Below are positions 12,901 to 22,300 of a stretch of 49,747 nucleotides of DNA, piece by piece. The notes below the pieces were generated by a model that saw only the letters and a program-made list of their open reading frames with translations, did not search any database and was not told the origin of the DNA. Each line of letters begins with the position of its first letter. Position 1 is the first letter of the stretch. The stretch spans positions 10,598,266-10,648,012 of the forward strand of contig NC_068986.1 in NCBI RefSeq assembly GCF_001194135.2, in the 5' to 3' direction. The position numbers and the translations under genes are program-made. The stretch is from Octopus bimaculoides. Lineage: Eukaryota.

Positions 12901-14846
12901 TTAATTAATACACTTGGTAAATTAACGATGGATCTCATTGATTATGTTGTTATTGTTTAGCATGGTCAGCTCTAATCAAGCAGAACCATAATCAAAGACA
13001 TTCCAATCATTACCATCTCAGGAATTTAGGGCTACATCATACAATGTCCCCTTTACTAACAGGGCGCGATGTGATTTGAAGGAGATTTGGCTGCTATTTT
13101 TAGCAAGTCAGGAATGGAACCGATGACATTGTGTGCATTCTGGTTTAACTCTGGTCCCTTAAATTTTGTGAGACTCCTTAATTCCAAAAGACTTGTTGGT
13201 CACTAATTTAGCAGCCAGTTATAGTTGATAAAAGGCAATAAGAGTGGCTGTGTAGTAAGTAGCTTGCTTACGAACATGGTTCCGGGTTCAGTCCCACTGC
13301 GTGGCACCTTGGGCAAGTGTCTTCTACTATAGCCTCGGGCCGACCAAAGCCTTGTGAGTGGATTTGGTAGACGGAAACTGAAAGAAGCCCGTCGTATATA
13401 TATATATATATATATATGGACGTGTGTGTGTATATATGTGAGTGTGTGTGTGTATATGTTTGTGTGTCTGTGTTTGTCCCTCCAACATCGCTTGACAACC
13501 GATGCTGGTGTGTTTACGTCGCCGTTAGCTAGCGGTTTGGCAAAAGCGACTGATAGAATAAGTACTAGGCTTACAAAGAATAAGTCCTGGAGTCGATTTG
13601 CTCGACTAAAGGCGGTGCTCCAGCATGGCCACAGTCAAATGACTGAAACAAGTAAAAGAGTAAAAGACTAAGGAACAGTAACAAGAAAAGCGGAAAGCGA
13701 AAGAAAAGAGACTAGTGAAAGAAAGTGAAAGAGAAAAAATGCAAATTAGAAAAAAATTAATGGAAGGTAAAAATTGAGGTTGTGTTTACGGAGGAAATGT
13801 TTTGTGCCGTAATAATGGGAAGATGATGAATGTGGAAGATTTTCTTCTTACATGAGTATATAGGTGCAGGCGTGGCTGTGTGGGAAGAAGTTTGCTTCCC
13901 AAACCACATCGTTCCGGGATCAGTCCCACTGCGTGGCACCGAAGATAAGTGGTTTTTACTATAGCCACGAGCCCGAAACTGAAAGAAGCTTGTTATATAT
14001 ATGTGTGCGCGTATGTATCCACCACCGCTTGACAACCGGTGTTGGTGCGTTTACGTCTCCGTAACTTAGCGGCTTGATAAGAGACCGATAGAACAAGTAC
14101 CAGGCTTTAAAAACATACTTACTGGGGTCGACTCCGACTAAAAATTCTTTAAGCCGGGGCCCCAGCATAGCCGCAATTCAAGTAAACAATAAAAGATGAC
14201 CTATCTTTAATACTAATTAGTGATGGTCTACGACTCATTTGACCAATTTCATTGAAAGCATACGAGGAATCGCACGTCTCGAATTGCCATTTAAATTAAT
14301 TCTTCTTAGCATTGAACACAATCTTCCCATTATTATTATTTCTTTCTGGATCACAAAACCACGTGAACATGCTGAAGTTCAACTCATAACTAAAAAGTAC
14401 TTTTTAATACAATTTAATGACTAATTATTATTATATTAAGGCTTTAGAATCAGTCCCTGTTGTGGAAGGGTGGGTATATTTACATTGGTTGAATCCGTAT
14501 GAAATTTTATAAATTACTTTCAGTTTATTCAGAGAAACCTGTTAAATTTTCCGAAAGAATGCCTATACTTGTAACTAATAGACCGTTTTACAAACAAATA
14601 TACGTGATAGAATTAGTAAAATGAAGAAAAGCCGAAAACACAACACGATATCGTGGGTGAAGCCGACATCTCAATAATTCAGTTAAATTCAAAGAGATTT
14701 GAAACTTCTTAGTAAAATTATTGTCATTTAAATACAACATTATTAATAATGGTTCGTTGAATTGTTATTTTAACAAATAAATATTTCAGGTAAAGGGTTA
14801 ATAAACAAACCAGTTCAGGGATCTCTCGTTCCCGCTTCTTCGCCAT
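808..14846 (-). CDS. NUP85: Nucleoporin NUP85 (Nup75), 5' part: join of 8 coding exons, 247 codons; the gene continues beyond the left edge
   Basis: Exons 14846-14811, 11355-11250, 9597-9493, 8019-7959, 6769-6699, 4648-4535, 2666-2545 and 933-808 all have GT-AG ends and matching phases (741 nt, no stops). The translation includes IMRRLVNESHNIFVSLQ, LIKASRHYRSVVKGC, IELIWSLCEILYID, LRGWIRWH and LLLQGSVDEARQL. These match recalled human NUP85 motifs (ILRKLFNESHGIF, LVRVSKNYRSVIRAC, MELIWNLCEILFIE, LLDWVRLH, LVLQGRLDEARQM). Confidence 0.95.
996..1579. repeat. Long palindromic (foldback) element, copy 1, with an RTE tail inserted in its left arm (1051-1330)
   Basis: 1331-1560 is a near-perfect inverted repeat; the outer arm 996-1050 is the reverse complement of the right outer arm of copy 2. 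Confidence 0.8.
1051..1330 (+). mobile_element. RTE 3' tail fragment (similar short copies at 3245-3343 +, 8959-9106 -, 27708-27850 -, 33524-33760 -)
   Basis: Shared GGCGTTAGGAAGGGCATCC...CCAACCCATGCTAGCATGGAAAGCGGACGTTAAACGATGATGAT. Confidence 0.85.
1690..2000 (+). mobile_element. Old RTE-like LINE C-terminal fragment
   Basis: QRAMEKSMLGLSL*EHIRNEII..SGVNDVI..RHVTRFTDN..VEW*PRDQKKPLGR, with several stops. Confidence 0.7.
2545..2666 (-). CDS. NUP85: NUP85 exon 7 (AAPIRQLRGWIRWHFTEGNQLATEIIQNEKPENHPRFWEA)
   Basis: TTCAG acceptor, GTGAGT donor, 122 nt. Confidence 0.95.
4535..4648 (-). CDS. NUP85: NUP85 exon 6 (KIIDDEMKAHFEDQQQIFHLIELIWSLCEILYIDTMP)
   Basis: TTCAG acceptor, GTAAT donor, 114 nt; ELIWxLCEIL motif. 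Confidence 0.95.
5363..5826 (+). mobile_element. RTE 3' fragment (end of ORF, subrepeated 3' UTR, (GAT)n)
   Basis: LGLTEAMTTDRDLWKCAVREKTRQAK* matches the end of the 29881-31207 ORF; shared 3' tail. Confidence 0.85.
6446..6609. repeat. Hairpin MITE with arms of about 50 bp, bounded by TA
   Basis: TAAGATACAGAAATAAATTTATTTCTCAAACGCGTGATAATGCTAT is mirrored at 6556-6609. Confidence 0.8.
6699..6769 (-). CDS. NUP85: NUP85 exon 5 (LIKASRHYRSVVKGCCWTLQYES)
   Basis: TTCAG acceptor, GTAAGT donor, 71 nt; YRSV motif. Confidence 0.93.
6824..7060. repeat. 27-bp minisatellite, about 9 identical units (AGAAAATACAATATTTGTCTAATATAT)
   Basis: Units counted at 27-bp spacing from 6832 to 7048; explains the RQILYFLYI pseudo-ORF. 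Confidence 0.95.
7959..8019 (-). CDS. NUP85: NUP85 exon 4 (IFVSLQQQAEKLSDTELKD)
   Basis: TTTAG acceptor, GTAAGT donor, 61 nt, phase 1 to 2, bridging exons 3 and 5. Confidence 0.9.
9493..9597 (-). CDS. NUP85: NUP85 exon 3 (..HEVKWEKEMEAPIMRRLVNESH)
   Basis: TGCAG acceptor, GTAAGT donor, 105 nt; RRLVNESH motif. Confidence 0.93.
9801..10175 (-). mobile_element. Same SINE family, minus orientation
   Basis: Reverse complement of the 13241-13667 structure, including the microsatellite and tail. Confidence 0.8.
10297..10889. mobile_element. Non-autonomous DNA transposon with 8-bp TSD (Merlin-like or hAT)
   Basis: TIRs GGATCTTTTTTAAAACGGGGGCCAC; exact 8-bp duplication AAAAACTG at 10289-10296 and 10890-10897. 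Confidence 0.88.
11250..11355 (-). CDS. NUP85: NUP85 exon 2 (KIADPVSTSHGLVAVCGIGNKLMVYGGASKACNDA)
   Basis: TTTAG acceptor, GTTTGT donor, 106 nt, phase 0 to 1. Confidence 0.85.
11893..12256 (+). mobile_element. Same SINE family
   Basis: tRNA-like head, CCTTGGGCAAG body and CCAGCATGGTCACAGTC tail. Confidence 0.8.
13241..13667 (+). mobile_element. tRNA-derived SINE with an internal (AT)n(GT)n microsatellite
   Basis: A-box-like TGGCTGTGTAGTAAG and B-box-like GGTTCAGTCCC, then CCTTGGGCAAG body, microsatellite, and a 3' part ending ACAAGTAAAAGAGTAAAAGA. Confidence 0.85.
13863..14196 (+). mobile_element. Same SINE family
   Basis: GGTGCAGGCGTGGCTGTGTGG head and conserved 3' body. Confidence 0.8.
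14811..14846 (-). CDS. NUP85: NUP85 coding exon 1 (MAKKREREIPEL)
   Basis: ATG at 14846 in the context GTAATGG, 12 codons, then a GTTTGT donor in phase 0 matching exon 2. Confidence 0.8.
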
Positions 14847-15357
14847 TACTAAAACCTGACACTATTTCTATCTTCGCTTTGAAGACTGACTATACGGTGT
14901 AAATATTATTATATTCCGGCAGAAATTTTCTTCCGTCTTTGTTTATTTTGTTGATTTATCTAATATAATACATGTGAAAACTAGTCAGTGTGTCAGTGTC
15001 ACACTTAGACCCCCACCCTCTCTTACTATTCAATGACACTCCTACTATTTCTCATGGTGGGGGTGAGAGTAATAGTAGACATAGAGAGGGTGGCGGAGAC
15101 AGACAAAGAGAGAGAGAAAGAAAGAAAGAAAAGAGAGGGAGAGAAAGAGAGACAAAGAAATTTAGAGAGAGTTGATGTTTTATTAAAAGTAGTAGTGTTG
15201 ATGGTGGCAGTGGGAGTAATAAAAGAGAGAAAGAGTGGCTATGTAAGAGAAAGAGGGAGGTGATGTACAACTTCATTTAACCAAGTCTCTAGTCCTGTCG
15301 CCAACATACTGAACATATCATTTTTGTTTTATTTTTTGCTTTCTTTAATACATATGT

Positions 15358-16215
15358 NNNNNNNNNNNNNNNNNNNNNNNNNNNNNNNNNNNNNNNNNNN
15401 NNNNNNNNNNNNNNNNNNNNNNNNNNNNNNNNNNNNNNNNNNNNNNNNNNNNNNNNNNNNNNNNNNNNNNNNNNNNNNNNNNNNNNNNNNNNNNNNNNNN
15501 NNNNNNNNNNNNNNNNNNNNNNNNNNNNNNNNNNNNNNNNNNNNNNNNNNNNNNNNNNNNNNNNNNNNNNNNNNNNNNNNNNNNNNNNNNNNNNNNNNNN
15601 NNNNNNNNNNNNNNNNNNNNNNNNNNNNNNNNNNNNNNNNNNNNNNNNNNNNNNNNNNNNNNNNNNNNNNNNNNNNNNNNNNNNNNNNNNNNNNNNNNNN
15701 NNNNNNNNNNNNNNNNNNNNNNNNNNNNNNNNNNNNNNNNNNNNNNNNNNNNNNNNNNNNNNNNNNNNNNNNNNNNNNNNNNNNNNNNNNNNNNNNNNNN
15801 NNNNNNNNNNNNNNNNNNNNNNNNNNNNNNNNNNNNNNNNNNNNNNNNNNNNNNNNNNNNNNNNNNNNNNNNNNNNNNNNNNNNNNNNNNNNNNNNNNNN
15901 NNNNNNNNNNNNNNNNNNNNNNNNNNNNNNNNNNNNNNNNNNNNNNNNNNNNNNNNNNNNNNNNNNNNNNNNNNNNNNNNNNNNNNNNNNNNNNNNNNNN
16001 NNNNNNNNNNNNNNNNNNNNNNNNNNNNNNNNNNNNNNNNNNNNNNNNNNNNNNNNNNNNNNNNNNNNNNNNNNNNNNNNNNNNNNNNNNNNNNNNNNNN
16101 NNNNNNNNNNNNNNNNNNNNNNNNNNNNNNNNNNNNNNNNNNNNNNNNNNNNNNNNNNNNNNNNNNNNNNNNNNNNNNNNNNNNNNNNNNNNNNNNNNNN
16201 NNNNNNNNNNNNNNN
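15358..16215. other. Assembly gap (other gaps at 40224-40599, 41894-42195, 45046-45535)
   Basis: Runs of N. Confidence 1.
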
Positions 16216-17359
16216 GCTTTCGTGACTGAGTTTGCTTTCAGGGATTTTTTACGTGACTTTTTGCGACAAATTTTTTTGTATGATAATTTTTATAACCTAA
16301 AGGCTAACTCCGTGAGTAAATTAAAAACATTCTGGGCCAAATCCGGACCACATTCCTGAAATTTTCGGTTCCTATGTTTTCTTTACAGCGATTGTTTTCG
16401 GCGATTTTTTTTTCACATGATTTTTTGCGATGAATCTGATCATCCTTGGGATATGACTCTGGAGGAAGCAATTGCAACAAATTCTCCCAAAACAAGCCAG
16501 AGATCCGTTTGCAGATCTTCCCATTCGGGGACAGTTGCTTAAAAGCTATATACTTAAAAGCTGCCTTATCAAGTGGCTTTTAAGCTAGTATTACTAATAT
16601 ATTAATGAAAAGCTGTAAATCTTACTTAGTTTTGGGTCCTCCCACATCGTTAAACATACACGGGAGATTTTCTTGTGGGATCCATCTGTTACAGTTTTTC
16701 CCACACCAACGTAACTGCCCTTCCTAATGCCAACCACTTTACAGAGTGGACTGGGTGCTTCTTACATGGCACCAGCACCAGAGCTTCATATGTGGCACCA
16801 GTATATGTTGTTACAGCACAGGTGCTTGTCAGTGGCACCAGCACAAATGTTCTTGGATTGGACCCTTTCCCATTTTCTTTCTTCTGATAACAAGTCATTG
16901 CAGTCATTACATACCAAATGACTTGAGTACAGAATGTGACCTGCCAGTCAAACCTGAAGCAGCCCCACGCTGTTTTGAAACGACTGGAATTTGCTTTCCA
17001 GAAAGATTTCTCTATTTGTAATTCTGTCTCATTCAATCACTTTCAGGATCTTCAGTAGACATTGTTGACAGAATGTGTCGACCTTCACTAACATGTTTTA
17101 TTGCCATACAGAACTATTTCTCCATGTAACCGGATCTTCATGTCCCTTCTGATGCTTACTGTTGCCTTGATTTGGCACATACACGGGACTACAACCTATG
17201 CTTTACCCATTCTATTGTTCACATTATTTTTCTATGCCTCCATTACTCCTAATCTCATATTCCACAACCTATTGTTCTATGAAGATAGAAGGTGGGATTA
17301 GGGCTTTAATCTGCATCACTTTGATCTTTTCAAAGCTAATCCTAAGTTTACTAATGTCT

Positions 17360-17627
17360 ACAGTTCTGTATTTAAGAGATGAGGAATTATGTACATTATT
17401 TACTTTGATGGATATTTGTCTTCATCTTGTTTGTTGTTAACACAACGTTTCGGCTGATATACCCTCCAACCTTCATAATAATAATAATATCGAAAAATAC
17501 CTTAGGAATGAGAACCCAGGTTCGAAATTCCCCCAAGACACCTGATGAAGGCTGGTGGATATATCAGCCGAAATGTTGTGTTAACAACAAACAAGATGAG
17601 GACAAATATCCGTCAAATGTAAATAAT
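17360..17627. mobile_element. Penelope-like pseudo-LTR fragment in inverted arrangement, carrying a minimal hammerhead ribozyme motif
   Basis: Minus-strand arm 17360-17476 and plus-strand arm about 17490-17627 are joined at (TAA)n. The core GACAC-CTGATGA-A-GGCTG..CAGCC-GAAA lies at 17537-17573. Confidence 0.7.
17537..17582 (+). ncRNA. Minimal type I hammerhead ribozyme motif (one core-flanking C>T change, possibly inactive)
   Basis: Stem I GACAC/GTGTT, CUGAUGA, stem II GGCTG/CAGCC, GAAA, then short stem III ATGT. The inverted arm at 17443-17452 reads GAAACGTT on the minus strand, giving the palindrome ACGT. Confidence 0.65.
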
Positions 17628-18516
17628 CTACTAATTTCTACTTGTTCTTGAAGCCCAACTCCTTTTCCCACAATCAATGCTAAAACCCTGTCATTTCCAG
17701 TCAATGTAAAGCCTCTGTCATATAGAGGGATAGGGGTAGGTGTCTTGCTGTAGAGTCCACACAAGAATTTGATACCACAATTCTCGGTCCACTGGTCGTT
17801 TTTGAATCTATATTTCTAATTTTACTGGAATAAGGCAGGTACAGCAACTGCTGTGCTGATGATGCGAATTGGGGCAGAAACACATATCCACTGCTGTCCT
17901 CCTTTCTCCAAACAATCACACTTTCTTTCTTATAACAGTATATCCTCGTTCTTGAGATTATCTCTCCGCTTTATTTGGTATTGTTCCTATTTTCCATTAA
18001 ACCATAATTCTATCTTTTCTAGAAGCAAAAATAATTTCAATAAATCAAGAATTTATCTTGTGTGTTATTTAATATAACCTTATACATTATTGTTGTTCAA
18101 ATACATGCCCCTGGCCATTGTGAATTGTTTCTCTTTGCTCATTTTCAATTCATCACATAAAAAGCATCCAGTCCACACTGTAAAGTGGTTGGAGTTTGGA
18201 AGGGCATCCAGCTGTAAAAATCTTGCCAAAACAGACCTTACGGGGTCGATAAAATAAGTACCACTTAAATACCGGGGTCAATGTAATCGATTTAACCCCC
18301 CCCCCCTGAAAATACTGGCCTTGTGCCAAAATTTGTAACCAATGTGTGTGTGTGTGTGTGTTCATGCGTGTGTGTGCACAATCCAATTTTGCTTATATGG
18401 TTGGTAGACTGTGGTCAATGCATACAACGTTTGTGTGTAACCATGTACCAACATATCACATTGGTATCACATGGTAATATGCACGCACACACATCCACAC
18501 AGGGTTGGATGAAGAG

Positions 18517-18900
18517 GGCGCAGGCGTGGCAGTGTGTTAAGAAGCTTGTTTCCCAACCACATGGTTCCGGGTTCAGCCCCACTGCATGACAGCTTGGGCA
18601 AGTGCATTCTACTATAGCCTCGGGTTGACCAAAGCCTTGTGAGTGGATTTGGTAGACGGAAACTGGAAGAAGCCTGTTGTATATACATATGTATTTTGTC
18701 TCACTCCACCGCTTCATGATTGGTGTTCGTGTGTTTACGTGCCTGTAGCTTAGCAGTTCGGCAAAAAGAGACCGATGAAATAAGTACCGTGCTTTAAAAA
18801 AAAAAAAGTCCTGGGGTCGATTTGTTCGACTAAAATCCTTCAAGGCGGTACCCCAGCATGGCCGCAATTAAATGACGGAAACAAGTAAAAGATAAAAAGA
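18517..18900 (+). mobile_element. Same SINE family, about 320 bp upstream of the CRYM ATG
   Basis: GGCGCAGGCGTGGC head, B-box-like GGTTCAGCCCC, conserved tail. Confidence 0.8.
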
Positions 18901-19220
18901 AAAGAGGTATGTATAAATAGATACGGCACGTTGATTTAAGGTTGCCCTCTGCGTCGTAGATGGAAATGAAAGAAAATATAATCGTGTTTTATAAAATAAC
19001 CGACTTATTATGTATGGGAGAACTTGAAGCGGAGGAATAATTTTGCATATATTAAGAAAGACAGAAGGTTGGTGGAGCATTAGACAGAGAAAAGGGGGAG
19101 GGAAGATGGTACGTGGCGAGACAGAAAGAGTAGTAATGATAACGAGTTAGAGATAGAAAGAGAGAAAGAAATAGGGCAAAGTTTATCATTTAGAAGTTTT
19201 GTTGTTGTTGAACTCTCAGC

Positions 19221-19387
19221 ATGGCAGAAACCGTTAGATTTGTAAGTGCCGAAGAAGTCACGAAAGTTTTAACTTACCAACATCTTATACCTGTCTTAGA
19301 AGACGCCCTTAAGCAATATTCTTCCACCAAAAACGTAAAGATTATACAACCTTCTAAAACTTTAATTGAAGTTAAAGAGAATAATGG
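19221..19387 (+). CDS. CRYM: CRYM-like exon 1 (MAETVRFVSAEEVTKVL...IIQPSKTLIEVKENNG)
   Basis: ATG at 19221, 167 nt, GTTTGT donor in phase 2; aligns with recalled human MSRVPAFLSAAEV...VMQPVRT. Confidence 0.9.
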
Positions 19388-22300
19388 GTTTGTATGAAAT
19401 ACTTTTAATTATATCGATATGTAGTCTTCAAGTTTTCTCTGTATAAACTTGTTTGTGAGAAATCTTCAGGATTTTTTGAACTATTATTAATTTAAATTCC
19501 TAAATAACTGAGACAACTTCTTATTTCATTGCGAAAATTTTGTTTATAAAACAAACAGTATATTTTCGGTCATTTAAGTTTAGCGCCATTATTATTATTA
19601 TTATTATAAACCATTTTTTTTTCCGGTAGTTTCATGCCAGCTTTTATTTCCCTACCTGGTGCACCTCCGTGTTCCTGGGATGCGTGCGGCATTGTGTTCT
19701 TATTTCTGTGAGGATTAAGGGAGCGTAGACTCCTCTTACACCAGTTTCATTTGTTAAGGGGGTTAATTACTTGTTATAATTAGTGTATGTTATGTTGATG
19801 TGTGTAACGTAGGTTGTTATTTTGTTGGACCTTAATCTTGTACATGTTGTATGAGTTGCGTTGTTTTTAATTACTAGGTACTTGTGGGTGTGTGCGCTCT
19901 ATGAAGATTGTTCTGTTTGAGTTATTCTATTGAAACGTCTTCAACAAGATGTGAGTTGTTCCTAGCAGAGCTATGTGTAATGTTGTGAACCATTATATGT
20001 CTTCTATATTTCTTTTCATAATTTTAATATCGTGTCTAATGCTCCAATAACTCGTCTTATTGTTTTCACCGTCGTGCTTCACATCTTGAGTTTTTTCAGT
20101 TTCGGGGTCCTTCTGCTTCGATACTTTCCTTACTTTTCAAACGAAATGTTTTCACCAGAATGTCTATCATTATGCATGTGCTTGTTTTCTTGTCTTTTAT
20201 CGTCTGAACGATTCACCTTGATCTCTTTGTCAGTCTGGGCAGCATATCCCAGAGTATTGTAACCGGGTCGTTGCCACGCACCGTCTTCGGTACATATTTG
20301 TACTACTCATTTGTGTTCACTTTGAAGTGTTGGTATTATTGCCAAGTAAATGTAGCTGCCAAATAAGTCATCCCCGTGTATATACTCACATTTGATAAGC
20401 ACTGAGCAATTGGAGATGATGTGGTCAACTGTCTCATCGTGTTGGTTGCACAATGATGCATTTGCTATTAGGATTAGTTTTCTTGATTTTATCTTCATAG
20501 TTGTTTGTGGGGATCTAGTTCAAAACGGGGGCACCAGTATTTTCTTAACGAAACACTTTGAAACTTGGGACACTGATAGAATGTGTCATATAAAACATCT
20601 TTTTCTCTTAGTCTTCTTAAGAAAAATTATTATATTGCAATTTATTTCATGTTAAAGTTGTCGTATTTCTGTAATTTCAGCCAATGACTGACGTCCATTC
20701 AGCCGAATACATTAAGTGCTGACTACGTAAACAAACGATTCTGGCGGTGATAAAATTATTATTTCCTTGTTAAAAAATGGCTGAAGCATATTGGCAGTAG
20801 CTAATAAACCTTTCTATTATAGGCACAAGGCCAGGTTTTTGAGGGAAGGAGCAAGTCAATTAGGGTTAGGGAAAACGAACACACGTGTGTTGCCTCTCTG
20901 CAAAATGTCAGAAGTAATGGAGATTAAATACGCTTTACACCACTTAAACTGCCAAAGGAGTAACTGTAAACAGCTGAATACTTGTCAGTGATTGGTTGAA
21001 ATTATTGAAATAAGACAATTTTTTACATGAAATTAATTCGAATACAAATTTTTTTTTCTGTTCTATAACACAAAATAGATTATACGAAGTTTGAAAGTCT
21101 TTCGGTACCAAAAACACTACATAAAACATAAATGAAAACTGGTGCCCCCGTTTTGAACTAGATCCGTTTGTGGTCAGGCATTAGTCTTGCTTAGTAAAGT
21201 TACTCTATTTCTGCTTTTGTTCTGGAGTTTTTGAGCCATTGTTGACTTTCACTTTGGCTTCTCAGTGAAGCCTTGCACGGTATTGACCACCCAGTGGTTT
21301 TTCTCTCCATTTCTTCTTGAGATTATGTTTGTTTTCATGTTATTTTTTGTATGTTTTACCATTTCTGTTGTGTTCTTGTCTAAATTTAGTATCTGAATAT
21401 AGTCTGTTTCTGCTTTCTATTTTATCATTTCTTGTGTATAGAGAAGGGGGTCCTTTTTTTTTTTTTTTTTGTTATCTATTTCTTTATTACATTTGAGTTT
21501 TCCACTCTTTGTTTCTAAGCATTTGAGCTGTCCAAGTATGTGTGCGGGTTAGGGCATATTCTATATCTACTTCAGGATGATGGCTTCGATATGCTATAAG
21601 TAGTTTCCTGGTTTTTCTATCTAAATTTTTCAATTCACTTAAATTCCAGTTAATTATATTAAAGCTGTAGTTTACAACTGGTATGGCCAGCATATTTATA
21701 CCAATTCTATTTCTAGCGTTGACTTAAGCTTATGATATTAGTCTAACTCTTCTATAGTATTGTTTTTGTCTTGGGGAGGTCATTACACCAATAATAACAC
21801 ATGCACTGGTTCACTATCACTTCTATGGTATTCATTCTTAATTTTCATTTCCATGTGTTGTATATTAGCTGCCTTGACTATTCCTAGGTATTTCTATGAG
21901 TGATTATGACCTACTTCTTTAATTCCAGTGTTTATGTCAAATATGATATTTCCAGTGCCAGTTAATTTGCTTCTTCTTAATGTTACTTTGGCACATTTGT
22001 TTAATTCTTTACTCATCCTTATGTCTTTGTTGAAACTATTGACAATTTTTAGGAGGTTTTCTAACTCATTGTTACTTCTTGCAAAGATTTTTAGGTCGTC
22101 CTTATACAGGAGATGGTTTATATTGGGTCCATAACATCTGTACCCCATGGTGGTGTCATTTAGCAATTTTAGCTAGCAGGGTCAGAACAAGACAGAAAAG
22201 TAGGCAGGGCAGCAATTCACCTTGGAAGATTCCTCTTCTTATAAATATAGGGCTGGCTTTGATAATAGTCTCCCTATTTTTCAATGGCATAACAGTTTTC

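Larger units (their letters stand above)
16870..17860 (-). mobile_element. Highly decayed RTE-like LINE fragment interrupted by a Penelope-like repeat
   Basis: KIKVMQI, KIRL..VLYG and QQCLLKILKV..DRITNREI resemble RTE motifs; frames are broken. Confidence 0.5.

Noticed and set aside
13241-13310. tRNA gene candidates
   Set aside because: The A/B boxes run into SINE bodies and I could not fold a cloverleaf; these are SINE heads.
15324-16229. 301-aa ORF, and similar ORFs at 41742-42315 and 44829-45899
   Set aside because: Artefacts of reading through N runs.
19335-19340. Early GTAAAG donor in CRYM exon 1
   Set aside because: Homology (QPxxT) continues to 19387, and only that donor is in phase with exon 2.
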